A stretch of DNA of 64,000 nt, taken from positions 62,001-126,000 of the forward strand of contig JAUGWO010000070.1 in the NCBI GenBank assembly GCA_049724395.1. The letters are read 5' to 3'. The stretch is from Spongospora subterranea f. sp. subterranea (Eukaryota). The position numbers were made by a program, and so were the translations under genes. Shown here piece after piece: positions 51,607 through 64,000 of the stretch (positions are counted from its first letter, which is position 1; every line of letters begins with the position of its first letter). The notes beneath the pieces are model-generated. The model was not told where the DNA came from. It did no database searches and saw nothing but the letters and a program-made list of their open reading frames with translations.

Positions 51607-54486
51607 TTATTTATTAATATTTGTCTCGTTTGGTCTATCGCCATCATCTGCTGTAGATAAATTTGCGCTATTGACATGGATTCCTTCATATATATTTTCG
51701 GAATTGCGTTCAATCGGGGGGCCACCGCCATATAACCGAACGAATTCCTTCCAAACGGGGTAACCTACTGGCCGGTAATGTCGAAGTGATACCAAATCAG
51801 GTTTTGGGGTGAGCCCATCAGCCTCCAAAAGAACCGAATTGTCTATACTACTAGGCAACGGTCCTGAAAAATAAGTGTTTGAGAAGTGAAACATGTTCGC
51901 TAAAGCCCGCATTACCTCCCTCCATGAAAACTCTCCAACTTTTTATCCATTGTTCTGAAACAAAATAAATGGGATGTGATAGTTGCGATTCATCATCCAA
52001 CATTGATATCCGACTGAGCAATTTCTTAATGACAGTTAACCGGTATAGGGCGCCATAATACCTGCTTTCAAGCTTCCTGCGACACTCCAAGCATTCACTA
52101 CCGGTCTGAGACCGTCCATCGGCACTTGGATCAACAGTTAACATTGGTCCCCCACCAAACCTGCCATGAAGCGTCTGGCAAAGTATTATCAGCGCGCAGG
52201 ATGTTCGTGCGCGGATATTACTTACGTCCCATGCTGTTCTGCTGATGGGAAGAGCTCTTGATTTTATCTGCTCGACAGGTAGTATCGTGCCATGTTCGCA
52301 ATACAAACTCCAATTGATAATAGGGCCAGGGTGTAGGAACAACTGCAACCATTTAGAGCAAGCCTCAATATTGAAACGTGTAAGCGCCTACTTCTGCTTT
52401 CTTTAACCAATATAACGATAAAAATACTTGAGGAAGATCATCCTTCAAAAGTAGAGTTTGTTCAAAGAACTGGTCATTAGCCTTACGAGAAATTGATGAC
52501 GTCTTAGTATAAATGAGAATATAAGCTTCTTGAGTCTTGACTGTGTCTTCTGAGACCTCAGTTACTTCCCGATCATCAAACTCGAACCATTTTCTCGATA
52601 AATGATGTTTCGCATAGCTAAAAAGTAAAATAAGACACAAACGAAACACATTACGGTGAATATGCGAACTGACGCGACGTAATGACCTCCGTGTACAGAG
52701 CCCATGTGCTTTACAACAGATGTTAAGTCATAAATAAAGGACTCTGTCTGATGATTCGCGGGGGCGACATCTTGAGATGGAGCTTTCTTTACAAAAGACG
52801 ACATATCAAGTCCTCGTAATGGGAATTCAACGAAGGTATTCAACTTAGAACCCCAGTATGAATTATGAGCAAACCGTTTGATATGAAGTGACAAAATCTC
52901 AGGGCATCTTCCAATGGAGAGGACCTTCGATGCATTAACTTTCTTATGACACTTATCGCAGTTATACTGATCAAGCCGAACCAAAGATTCCATTGAGCAG
53001 AATGAATGTAAACATGTCTCTAAGCTAATTATAGATGTTCCCCAGCCAAAAGGTAGAAGCATGCTTAGCAGACTTGAACTCGATCCGAACCGGAAATCAT
53101 TTTCTTGGTCCGATAATTTTTTCAACTGTTGCTTAGTTGGAATTTCTAAAGATAAATCCATGAAAGGGTCGTAAACCTCAGAAACATTTCCACATAACTC
53201 ACACGACACCTAGCAGAATTTGAGATGAAAGCAGACTAAACATGGATCCCAAATCACCTGAGACAAAAGCAATCCTTGGAACAGGTCCGTTACGAGCGAG
53301 ACTTCTGTAGGACGACGTTTGACACCGTCAGAATGTTTTTTAGGCGGAATAAAAACTTTCATAGATTCATGCAGACTGTCAATCAAGGACCGGATAAATT
53401 CCTGTGTATCCTGTTGGTCATAGCCCCTGAAAACTGGGTTAATGACAGAAATGCTTTGAACAACATCTCGAGGGGCAAAAACTCGGTATTGCCCTTCCCA
53501 AATCTGCGCATTTGCGAAAATATGTAAATTTGCGATGCATTGAGATGAAGCATACCTTGCGCACAAGGTCTGCAAAATAGATGCGTAAGGTTTCGTGGTT
53601 CGACGTTCTGACCAGAAATTTGTTAACAAGCTAAAGTTTGCGATTTAAGTCCGAAAAATGGGTTCCTGATACAATCTGCATACATTCTTTTGGGCAAATA
53701 CATCAATAATTTGTGGAATGTGGATGAGTGCTTGAATTCCGGAATTCAGGAAACAAGTATTCCCCAAATTAACAAGCCCTGAGCGTCCGCCAGAGACATT
53801 GTTCGAAAAAATAAAGGAATCATCCTCTATACTTAAAGTCACTTCAGATAGCAGGCGGGATGCAGGGCATATACCAACGTATCCTTGCCTATTTTTAAAT
53901 TCAGCGATCGGATTTGGAAAGTTCCTTCCAACTGCTGAATCAGGCGATTGTGAACGCGAATTTGAGGTTTCGCAATTAGGTGTATCATCACTGGAAAAAT
54001 TTGAATCATTAGAAATCTACAATCTTGCTATATAACGGATCAAGCATGCACATGGAATCAATGCTTGAACGGCACTCTTACTCAATAAGAAAAACTTCCT
54101 CATCGCATGAGTAGCACCACACTGCAGTAGATTGGAGGTTACAGCAGAAATTGTGCCCAGTAGCTTCAAAGTGAAGCAGCCCATGTTTCTGATGGTACCG
54201 GCCACAGCGAACAATATCATTAGGAGCACACTGAGTGGTTATTAATACAGGGAAAAAAGAAGCAATATTTTGTCGAATTCCCATACATGTAAGCATACTC
54301 TTAGCTCTGAACTAGGCATTGGTTTGTCGCAATCGATACACCTATAAAGTCCATCGGTGACATTGGCATCGCGAACCTGTGCATTGGTGGTTGAGCGTAA
54401 TCAGGGATTTCGACGCTAAGAACCTCAGACCTGAGCCAAGAACTGGAGCAATTCCGATCGAGTCGAAATGGGATTGGATTCGACAT
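51607..54486 (-). CDS. Ubiquitin-specific protease, USP20/USP33-like (zf-UBP, UCH catalytic domain, tandem DUSP)
   Basis: zf-UBP (CGRYHQKHGLLHFEATGH...VWCYSCD). Cys box GLVNLGNTCFLNSGIQAL, FRGYDQQDTQEF, His box VKHMGSVHGGHYVA...WFEFDD. Two DUSP-like ends (HGRFGGGP; RLYGGGPPIER). Confidence 0.9.
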
Positions 54487-55871
54487 GAGGGCAGCAATCC
54501 GTGCCCATCTGACCCGGCCGGAAAGTGAAACCGGCGCCAGCTTCTATGCGGAATGCTCCGCACTTCCGAGTCTACACAAACTACAACCACGACTCCTAAT
54601 CAGTGCTCAACAGGTTTTCTACACGTACGCACAACGCATGAGGCGCGCAGCCCAGCCATTGCACAAGTGTACAATCAGCACATGATGGGTTGGTGCTGGA
54701 AAAACACAACTGCACAAACGACACCACAAAGCATAGTGTTGAGATTCAGAAACTGAATTGGAGGATTTTTTTTAGTTTGCGTCAGGGTATTTGAAGACGA
54801 AGAAAGTTACATGGGAAAAACCACGATTTTTTAAATAGGTTCTCTTGCATTTGACGGAGATTCCAAATCTCCGTCAAACGGGTTGTTAGGGAGGGGTTCA
54901 TGGGGCTGGACGAGCTAGAGCTAGAATGCAATACTCTACATCGCATTCGAAAGGAGCTATGCGACCAGCTCACAATTTTAGAGGTCGCCACGTGCAAGCT
55001 CTTTCATCACATAGAGCGTCTTATTTTTATGTAGGATGATGAAGCTCGTATAAGGAAAGCGATATCAAATTCCGTTGACGTGTCCCCGGATGCACCCCAA
55101 GAAATTTTAGCTGCACAATTGGAAAGTGTCAGACAAGCAGTCAGCGACATTATAAAACTAACGAGCCAGTTATCATGAATGATTTTATTCGCGTTGAATT
55201 TGTATTGTTCTGTCAGTATAGATTTTTTTTCATTTCTTGTCGTTCTGTGTTTTTCCACGAATTTCTTAATTAAAACACTCTCTCTATATCTCAAATGCTA
55301 GAAAGACGATACTTGCTGTCTTAATTGTGTCTTTATGGTAAAGCCATGCGTTGGTCTGTTTTGTTCCTAGAGTACCGTATTTCACTATTTCTCGGTGTCC
55401 TGTACCAGTCAAATGTGCTATCAAGAGCACAGGACACCGAGCTATCAACCCTAGCTTGTCGGGAGTTCGCCCGACGAGAAACCTGCGTTCTTACTGAATA
55501 GACAATGTTGTGCTGAACAATTGAGCCACGAAATCTTCGATAGATTCTTCCCAGTCATCGTCACCTCATCCCTCATCTCCATACCTTAAGCGCTCTTTAA
55601 TTCTTTCACCAGACTATACACCTCAGAATCCTACAAAAACTGTTCTCTGTTATTATTTTTTCAAATTCATCAAACCTTGTTGCTTTAATTTGATGTTTTC
55701 TCCATTTCTGCTATTTCTATGTTGTATCTTTCGTTGCACAATTTTTGGTTTCCGTTCTGTTAAACTGCATGGAACGAATTCCCATCTGTCTTTCACATCA
55801 CATGTTGACCCACACCCAATTGCCCCCAATCAGGTGCGGGAATCGCGCCCGCACCGACTCAACGATATTTG

Positions 55872-56020
55872 TGTCACAGATACACGGGTGAAGTACCAGG
55901 TGACACATTGCTTTATTTTATGACGTTCAAGATAGAGAACACGGAACAAGAGACCACAAGAGAATGAATTTTATTAGAAGCGAGAGAACAGAGAGGGCAC
56001 GAGACCAGTACAATAACGAT
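55872..56020 (-). mobile_element. Putative LTR 3' end of a decayed retrotransposon
   Basis: On the minus strand, a pyrimidine-rich stretch with AATAAA signals ends ...GTATCTGTGACA (LTR-like CA terminus) just downstream of gag remnants. Confidence 0.4.
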
Positions 56021-56389
56021 CAATCGTCATAGATCCCGTACTCGTGGCAGATATCCCTTGATGAAGTGAAGCAAGGTCGAGAGATCAATTTCGTTCGCTC
56101 AAAATGAAATCAATCGTTAAAAGATGTTTCATCTTTTCATCTTTGAATGATTGATCTCATTTTATTTCTGAATTGATTGCTAGCAATCAAATCCATGTCG
56201 CGTATGTTCCTCCGAAAATTCTGCAGATATATTTTCGAAACTCCTTGGAAAAATTCAATTCTGGGAGTTACAAACTAAATTTCAATGCATCTCTCGACCT
56301 TCCTTCACTTCATCTTTCGCTTCGGTCGAAGGAGGAATTAGTGCCTAGATTTGATATATGCCACGAGTACTGGATTCATGACGATTGAT

Positions 56390-57520
56390 CACAACGAGAA
56401 AGCCCCTTAGATGAGCTCACTGAGCGATTTGGAAGGCGCCAGGGACAATAGCAGGTCCTTGATGTCATCGTTCAAACCTCGACGGAATACATCGAGAGCA
56501 GCAGCGTCATCGCCGGTGGATTCAAGACAGCGATATTACAGTTAATGTCAAATATGAGTTCTCTTTGGGAGAAGAACAGTTACTGCCTATGCTACGAAAG
56601 TTCAAAACATCTTGCCTGAGGCCCGAAAAGAATGTCGCTGTCACCCAAGAGAACTCATATTTGACATTAACTGTGTCTTTCCAATCAACATCATTTTACT
56701 CTATGGGATGCGGAATGTACTGTTTTGGCCAGTGCCGTCGACACATCGGCATTTGCGATCTGGGATTGTAGGATCATATTCTGCCACTGTTGAAATGGAG
56801 CGACCGGCTGCGTCAGTCGGGATTCCGTATCCCATAGAGTAAAATGATGTTGATTGGAAAGACAGCGATATTACAGTTAATGTAAAATACGAGTTTGCAT
56901 TGGGTGACAGCGACATTCTTTCCGGGCCTCAGGCAAGATGTTTTGAACTTCCATAGCATAGGCAGCAACTGTCCTTCTTCCCTGATTCAGAGGAACTAAC
57001 CGATTAACTGCAGTTTGCTGACGGTTGGATCACCAAATCAGTCGTCAAAGGTTTTGATAAAGCCCTTGAAATCGGTAAGCAAAGGGTCATCGCGTTAAAA
57101 TAACGGCTTGAACCATCTTGAAGCGTCGCCACTAAGGAGTTGTCCCACAAGGGCCACCTTCTGGGCGTCAAGCGATTGTAGAAGGTTTTTGCCAGATGAT
57201 CAACTTGATTTGATCAAAATTGAAACCTCGAAGAGTCACGGCCGCCATGGAATGCAGGTGGATAATGCACTTTTGGCTCCTTTGGTGCAGAGACAGCAAC
57301 CTGATGATCAGCTGTCGGTGATGACTATCGTGAGGTATCTGGTTGCTGTGGTTGTGGTTGCTGCGATGGCAGATGGCTGGAAGTGCTGGCTGAGTTGCTG
57401 TTGTGGGTGCTGCTGCAGCTGCTGAGCGACTTGGTCCTGGAATTGCTGAAGTTGTTATTGCTGCTGCGTCCTGAGTGCGACTAGACGTTCCTCGACGTTG
57501 AACGGAGCGTCTGGGCCCAT
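56390..57520 (-). mobile_element. Decayed and internally rearranged Ty3/gypsy gag
   Basis: Minus-strand fragments with stops: Q-rich N-terminus, APKVHYPPAFHGGR, KVALVGQLLSGDASRWFKPLF*RDDPLLTDFKGFIKTFDD*FGDP, DDAAALDVFRRGLNDDIKDLLLSL, and a degenerate knuckle CCLCYGSSKHLA. Confidence 0.75.
56567..56982. repeat. Imperfect inverted repeat, ~150-bp arms (56567-56716 / 56821-56982)
   Basis: For example aagttcaaaacatcttgcctgaggccc pairs with gggcctcaggcaagatgttttgaactt, and tctttccaatcaacatcattttactctatgggat pairs with atcccatagagtaaaatgatgttgattggaaaga. Confidence 0.92.
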
Positions 57521-57719
57521 AACCAGATAGAGATCACGAAACACGAGAACACGAATTTCTCGGTGTTCTGTACGGCTGAGTCCAAAATGATCTAATTTTG
57601 ATCTAACAGTGCGGAAGTGTATATATGAACATATAATATATACACTTGTACAAACAGAGCGGACGCTATGATAGTTGGTTGATGTCGGTAGACGTTGACA
57701 TGTTTAAAACCCTTACGCC

Positions 57720-58500
57720 AAGTATTATCGCTGTTCGAAATGTCGAAGCTCTAGGCTGAAAGAACAAGGGTGCTCCTCAAGGCTTGTATCAGTCCCGACG
57801 GAAAATCATCTGACCCGAGCCCGCACCTTTGTCAATTTCTCAATGATGAAGGCGAATTAGTTGACCTTGAGCCAAGAGTAAATATAACAAGGAAACGTTC
57901 ATGGTTTCTTCAAACTTAACTACTCTGGTATATGCGAGATATCGTAAATGAGTTGGCGCATTCTGCGACACAAATCTGGGCAGATATCAGCGAGAACTTA
58001 TTATCGCGTTTCAATAATATCCCTGTTCATGTGATGAACAAACAATCAGTTTTCAAACGAGCATATTTCTATTCGATCGGGAGGACGGTCAGCGGATCGT
58101 TTGCGAGACGTTGAGGAGAATGATCTTGCTCTCTCCCGTGACCGCATGACGTCGTTTGTGTTATTCAACGGTCCTGTCTTTTACGGCGTCAATAAAGGCA
58201 GAGTTTCCGCATGGGACTCCCAGGTCTGGCAAATATCTTGAAACGATCAGGGGTAACGCTCTTTCTGGATCGAACATTTCGTTGTGGGCCAGAACCAATT
58301 GTGCAACTTTTTGTTATAATGTCGTACGACGCTGACAATGATTTATACCTACCGGTCTTATGCTATTGACCGCCCTCGCAGTTGTGACCGATTTCGCCCA
58401 ACGATTGGCGAGACTGCAGTCGTCCATACCCATTGATAGGTGTCTGCATTACACTTCATAAAGCCCATTGCAAGTCTGAGATGGCGAAATGGAAAAGTTT
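57720..58500 (+). mobile_element. Degenerate Mutator-like (MULE) transposase remnant
   Basis: KYYRCSKCR (WRKY/FLYWCH-like). LFLDRTFRCGPEPIVQLFVIMSYDADNDLYLPVLCY at ~58259-58370 is a decayed D-G-T-F...Q...Y-x-P motif, followed by VVTDF. Stops and frameshifts are present. Confidence 0.65.
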
Positions 58501-59394
58501 ACAAGAGCGCTTCCGAAACAAGTCACGGCGCAAAAGGAGGAAGTTGCAGATCTACAAACACAAATTACAACGCGAAGGGAGGAGTGCCAGATCTGAGTTC
58601 ATAACAAAGCAATAAAGTGATATTCGATATTCTTGTTTGGCATAAGTTAAACAACTCTGTTCCATCTTGAGTTTTTCAAGGGACTGGTGAACACGCTCCC
58701 AATTGCGTTGACCAGTATGACAAGGACTGCAAAATAGCGGCGAAGAAGGAATGAGTGCAGCTATAAACCTGTGAATATGCACTTGTATTGATGTCTGTGT
58801 TTCGGGTTTGTGGTGGTGTTCTTTCGATTTTTTGTAATGCGATTTTGAGGTGTTATTCAACTGGAAGAAGGACACACAAATTACGGCAGCGCCTATACTT
58901 GTCCAATAGTACAGTTGGATAGGCGGTTATTTCTTGATCACATCAATGGCGACTCGATGACTTCATCCCACGTTCCAGCCAGCCCGCACAACCATGGAGG
59001 TTTCAGGTACCGACGGAACCTAAACCCCCAGTTCCATCAGTTTGCCCAGCCTTTGTCGCCGGATGGCCAAGCGGTACTACAGGCAGCCCTTGCCTGGCAA
59101 CAGTTCCAACGACAGTTCCAACAAATGTCGCAGCACTATCAGCAGCAGCTGACCGACCGACATCCTCCTCAGCCTCCTTCATTGGACGATATGATCTGGC
59201 CGGGAGTAAACAACACTTCGTGGGTTGCCTGGAATTGGGGCTGTAATAACTCCCTAAACGCTGGTTCATACTACTCTTTAGGGTCTTAATGAAGGTACTT
59301 TTTGTTAAAGTTGGGTTTAGAGTCTTGAAAAATGCGATAAAGTCATATTGTTGTCAAGTTGGTGTCTGGGGATGGCCTGTTGTAGGTTAATTTG

Positions 59395-59460
59395 GAATGA
59401 GTTGCGCACGAGGTGCCCCATTAGACTCCCATAACTCGCAATGGCATCTAGATTGGCAGA
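59395..59460 (-). mobile_element. Degenerate SWIM zinc-finger (MULE-associated) remnant
   Basis: CQSRCHCELWESNGAPRAQLI is a decayed CxC...GxPCxH motif; the last C and H are each one substitution away. Confidence 0.45.
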
Positions 59461-60029
59461 CGAGATTCGAGCCCTGTTTGAACTTCTCGAAGACGGCCAC
59501 ATTGCAGCTGCCGAGTTTCTTGAAATGACGCAACTAGTAATCCAACGGTTTCGTAAAGCTGGTCCGTTCATTTAGAAGTCCTTTTTATTTCGCCCCAGTT
59601 TGGTCTGATATCAGATTGCGGTAAATGTGAAGTCATTACAAAAAACGGGGTCTCTCATGATGAGACAGGCGTGCACCGACCCTGGCCTCTGAGTAAGTGT
59701 TTTCCGAATTAGATCTATTTAATTGATTGTATGGAAGGTTCGCACACTCCTACGATTGATTTGTCTCAATTACGCCTATGCCTGCGACATCCCAGTCGCC
59801 TCTCCATATGTATTTTGATCCATCGCTGTTGAAATCGAGGACATCGGGCAAAACCTTTATTTCAGAAGAATGTCCACTAACGGTAAACGATGGGCGGGAT
59901 GCCGCAGAAACTGCAAAACGCAACAAGCCTTGATTACTCATGCAAAACACATAATGCCAAACAACAAGGTACTTTTGCATTGTTTGTACGTTGGCTGCTA
60001 ATCAGACTCAATAGCGCCAAAAGTTGGTG

Positions 60030-61420
60030 ATGAAAACAATCCGAAAAAGCCTCGGCAACGTTTTTCATACAGTTCAAAGTTCGAGATTATCAACCACGAC
60101 CAGGAGTGCCAAAAAACACTGAAAGCAACAGGAGTGAAGCGCACACGTTCGCAATCAGTTGCGTTGGTTTCTTAAAGAACCTGCATTTCTGCAGTGACGA
60201 TTTTGAAATGGATGCAAGACGAGGATTTACTTCGGAATCAAACTTCGTCATCGCAAAATGGTGCAAAAATGTCCAGATTCAATCGGGTTTGGTTGAGAGA
60301 TCTGCGTTACTTGGAAGAAATTCTAGCGCATGAGGTTCGCAAGCGTCGAAAACTTGGTATTGTATTTTTTGACCTGGTGGCGATCGTTCTGATACAGTAC
60401 TCACACATGGGATTGAAGGTCGGTAAACGGTGTGTCATTCTGAGAGCGAAAAACCTCCGAAAAATGCCGATTAGTACATAAAGCTTTTTCGCTCTTGGTA
60501 CTATGCAGGTTTTCTTCCACGGCAAGGGTTGTCGATCCGCCGATGGAACAATCGCAAGAAAGTGGATGTTACTCTATTGAAACCCAATCTCCACCAACAA
60601 TAGAGGATCTGCAATGCCAAAACCTGTTACCGTCTTCAATATTTGATTTCGATGAAGCACACCAATAGCTTTTTCCCATTCAAAGCTAATAAGATGCTAG
60701 GTACCACGATGGTGATAAGGGAACGGTGGACGAAAGTGGCGACGAAAGAGTCAAAGGTATTGGTGTGCCTCATCGAAATGAAATATTAAAGACGTTAACA
60801 GGTTTTGGCATTGCAAATCCTCTACTGTTGGTGGAACTGAAAATAGAGTAACATCCAATTCCTTGCGATTGTTCCATCGGCGGTTCGAAAACCATTTTTC
60901 GCGGAAGAAAACTTTCATAGTACCAAGAGCGAGAAAACTTTATGTCCTGATCGGCATTTTTCGGAAGGTTTTCGCCTTTAGAATGACCCGCCGTTTACCG
61001 AACTTCAATCCTATGTGTGAATACTTATCAGAACAAACCAGGTCAAAAAATGCAATACCAAGTTTTTCGACGCGTGCGAACCTCACGCGCTAGATTCTTC
61101 TATAACGCAGATCTCTCAACCAAACACCAAGAGCGAGAAAGTCGTGGTCGTATTGACTGAACGAAATCAACTGCTTGCTCAGCGGTTTCCTGCCGCGAAA
61201 GCTGCGCTTCGTGTGTTGCAATACGAATTGCAAGACGATTCGCCACAAGAAACATACGAAATTGACTGGTCTTTTGCGAGGGGTCTTGTGACGAAGCGAC
61301 GGATCGATTCGGCCTGCCCTCTGCTATGTTCTCCCATCGTGGACGGGAATCATTTAGCGAGATTTTAGAACAACTGCTCCAGAGGATTTTGGAGACCCGA
61401 GAAGTGGGTTTGGCCATTTC
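60030..61420. mobile_element. Degenerate pogo/Tigger-like (CENP-B HTH, DDE) transposase remnants in both orientations
   Basis: Plus strand: RQRFSYSSKFEII, TILKWMQDED, YLEEILAHEVRKRRKLGI, LRAKNL, PSSIFDFDE. Minus strand 61100-61417: FLVANRLAIRIATHEAQ...AVDFVQSIR. Confidence 0.6.
60291..61121. repeat. Large imperfect inverted repeat, ~370-380-bp arms (60291-60672 / 60753-61121), ~80-bp spacer
   Basis: ggttgagagatctgcgtta pairs with taacgcagatctctcaacc, and caatgccaaaacctgtta with taacaggttttggcattg. The ORF track shows the near-identical peptide (IVPRAxKLYVLIGIFR..FAxRMT.RLP.FNPMCEY) on opposite strands. Confidence 0.95.
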
Positions 61421-61906
61421 ACACGCGGATGGTCGTTGTCAAGGCGGGCCAAATTGATCCGTCGTTCAACAGACAGATGAAGACTTCAAATTATTAATGC
61501 AGAAAAACTCAATGTTTACGGTCAGTCTGTATAAACCCTGGGGAACATATTTTCGTTTATCTGCTCAATACAGTTTCTTTCAAACGCCAAACTTCTAGCA
61601 CCCCCTTCCATACACCGGTCGATATTTGCTTAGCTACCGCAGTTTACAGTTCCCGAGCATTATTGATTGTCGTCATTGCTTGGATTACGAACCCTACCGA
61701 GGACGACGAAGAAGCCCCGACAGCGACGCATTGTAACATACTAACTGGGAAACTTGTGTTTAACGTATCCGATACCCTATCGGGAACTGTAGCGCTCGAC
61801 AGCTTCACACGGAGTTTAGGGTTTTGGGGGTACAAAGTTCCGAGGAATACGGTAGGTAGACTGTAGGTAACACTAGCAGTAACACATGATGACCGATCCG
61901 GAGATC

Positions 61907-62003
61907 CCGTGGTGTCGCCAACTCGCTGTACGCGTACTGTACGCATTAAACCAGGTCCAGCCGTGGTGTCGCCAACTCGCTGTACGCATCAAACCATGCC
62001 CAG
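61907..62003. repeat. Short direct duplication (27-bp exact core, 54-bp period)
   Basis: ccgtggtgtcgccaactcgctgtacgc occurs at ~61907 and ~61961, each followed by a similar taaaccaggtccagc/caaaccatgcccagc. Confidence 0.85.
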
Positions 62004-63493
62004 CGACCGTCCAAGGTTGCTTCATGGCATCTTCAAAAGCCCTGACCTTGAGAAGGAGGAGTACTGAACGTCGCTGATTATGCATTCCGTTCTCCCTCCT
62101 GAACTGCCAACAGATGTGACACAACTGGACCCTGACATTACCCGGTTCCGGCCTACACTACAGTCCACCCTCCCCAATGCTGACTAGCGATGTTGGTGGA
62201 CTACAATGTTCCGTCATTGGAGTTCTTTTGATCTGAAAAGTAAGATCATGGGCCAGTTGTCTCACATCTGTGAGCAGTTCAAGAGAAAATCGGGACGCGC
62301 TCGTCCATGCTGTAAATTTCTGACGTCCAAGGCATACGTGCTGAAGAAGTTTCATGGCATATGGCGACATCGCACGCAGCGTCAGGTCGTTTGCTAGTAC
62401 ATTGCGGGAAACCTGAGCTCGCTATTCAAAGAATACGACCTCTCCCTGGGTGAAGTTTCACCCACCGTTGACCCACGGAGCCGCTTGTCGGATCCACCTT
62501 CTCAATTGTAGTTGAAACCTAAAAGGAAATGTGAATCACCTTTCCAAACAGTTCAGATCGATCACAATCCCATCCTCAACCAATCTCAACAACAGACCAA
62601 CCCCACCTGATAGACCAAACTGGATTAAGGTAGACCAGCTCAGACCATTCGGCCTATATCAAAACTCGGTTAGATCTTATGTTAGTCCCGAGCCATCTGC
62701 GCCAATCGAAATAGTTAATCGGCCAACGAACGACTCAACCAAGGCTCAAGCCCAATAACCTTGGGAATATAATAAAAGCAAGGCCGAATAATCCGGTGCA
62801 TTTCTGGTCAGTCAATGTCCGCCTTATACGAAGGGCCATCCACAAACGTTGAAGTCGCCCCATGAATAGATGAGCTCTATTCTGTAGATTGTACAATGGT
62901 TCGTCAAAGATTATTTCTTTTGAAGGCGGTACTTGTCAAGAAATGCTGCTGGCAGAGATGTGGATCATTGACCAGGCATAATTTTAACGCATGCCAAAAG
63001 AAGAATTCGAGTTTTGTTTTGGGGCAAATCAGCAATTGCTAAGTACAAATCAATCTGGCATTTTGATTGAATTTACAACTACAATAGAGTTCGCCGGAAA
63101 AATGTATCATCATGGGCTGCCGATTGACTGTTTGTTTTCGGTTGTCTCCTTCGAAATTGTGGTCCACTTGCACTGGACATGATTCGGTCGGCCCGTCGAC
63201 CTCGTCTAGCGCCATCCCTGTCAGTCCTGTCACGGGGCAATCTGATTCCCGACCAGACGGGGTCTCGCCGTCCGCAATCCAGCATATCTGTCTCGTGATG
63301 CTCTCCATCGCCGCCGTTATTTGATTCGCTAAAACGTCGCCATCGTTATTGGCCTAAACACCGCGATATTTTTTCGCCTTCAGCTCATCTTCCTGTACAT
63401 TTCCTGATCCAATTTAGATAGTATTTTCATGTACGCGCGCCCTTGTCTGTAGGTTCATTAGCTATACTTATTTAATAGAGTGGGGGCTGTATT

Positions 63494-64000
63494 ATGATAT
63501 CTAAGTGGCTGGTCGGTGCTGTCATCAATATTATCGGCAGCATTACTATCAATTTCGGGACGAACCTAGTGAGGTTGGCCCATTGCCAGCAGGAGAAACT
63601 CGCTCAGGAAGGTTGGGTTCGACCCTTATATAAGTCCAAGATTTGGTTGGCCGGCATCGGTTCCTTCTCGCTGGGCAACATCGCAAATTTTATCTCATTT
63701 GGGTTCGCTGCGCAATCCCTATTGGCAGCTCTAAGTTCAGTGCAATTTGTCTCGAATGTCGTGTTTTCCGCCTATTTATGCAAGGAACGGGTCACGAACA
63801 GAGTCATTATCTCAACGGCTTGGATCATCGCTGGCAATTGCGTCATTGTCATATTCTCTGATCCATCAACAAACGACTTCTCCGCCCAGGAGCTATGGGG
63901 TCTCTATTCCCGTCACGATTTCGTCGCCTACCTCTCGTTCTTATTCGTATCGGTTGTCATTCTGCAAGTCACTTATATCCGATTAGATCATGAGAAAAGG
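63494..64000 (+). CDS. NIPA-family (DMT) magnesium transporter, 5' part, runs off the window end
   Basis: Open frame from ATG 63494: MISKWLVGAVINIIGSITINFGTNLVRLAH...IWLAGIGSFSLGNIANFISFGFAAQSLLAALSSVQFVSNVVF. Confidence 0.88.
   Translation, partial: MISKWLVGAVINIIGSITINFGTNLVRLAHCQQEKLAQEGWVRPLYKSKIWLAGIGSFSLGNIANFISFGFAAQSLLAALSSVQFVSNVVFSAYLCKERVTNRVIISTAWIIAGNCVIVIFSDPSTNDFSAQELWGLYSRHDFVAYLSFLFVSVVILQVTYIRLDHEKR

Noticed and set aside
58915..59289. Q-rich 124-aa ORF
   Set aside because: It is low complexity, has a non-ATG start and lies inside the TE graveyard, which is insufficient support for a gene.
61907..62003. CRISPR-like repeat-spacer
   Set aside because: There are only two units, the intervening sequence is itself partly duplicated, no cas genes are present, and the context is eukaryotic.

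Overview
Gene-dense eukaryotic (protist-like) DNA with short, roughly 45-60 nt GT-AG introns and short intergenic gaps. The style suggests a plasmodiophorid or similar compact-genome protist, but this is inference only. Positions 1-54.5 kb hold mostly housekeeping genes: an IGHMBP2/Hcs1-like helicase, RRP46, eIF5B, an ankyrin-FYVE-R-SNARE-like protein, DPH4, a thioesterase, a ZPR1-like protein, RPLP0, a cyclic-nucleotide-domain K+ channel, LSM4, a PH-RCC1-FYVE protein, ASNSD1, a CID-RRM protein, a lipoate-ligase-like protein and USP20/33. Positions ~55.3-61.5 kb are a transposon graveyard (Ty3/gypsy gag, Mutator, pogo) containing two large imperfect inverted repeats. A NIPA-type transporter starts at the right edge. 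The most striking feature is at 26211-27467: an intron-containing (4 exons, ~366 aa) homolog of the largely bacterial AlkZ/YcaQ (HTH_42) interstrand-crosslink DNA glycosylases. It keeps the catalytic Q-x-Q motif and sits next to a truncated paralogous copy and a retrotransposon remnant. A 55-bp Stowaway-like MITE is also present. Several 1-2 nt indels in short G/C runs or repeats, including one in the essential RPLP0, look like assembly errors. All calls come from manual translation and motif recall; no database searches were run.
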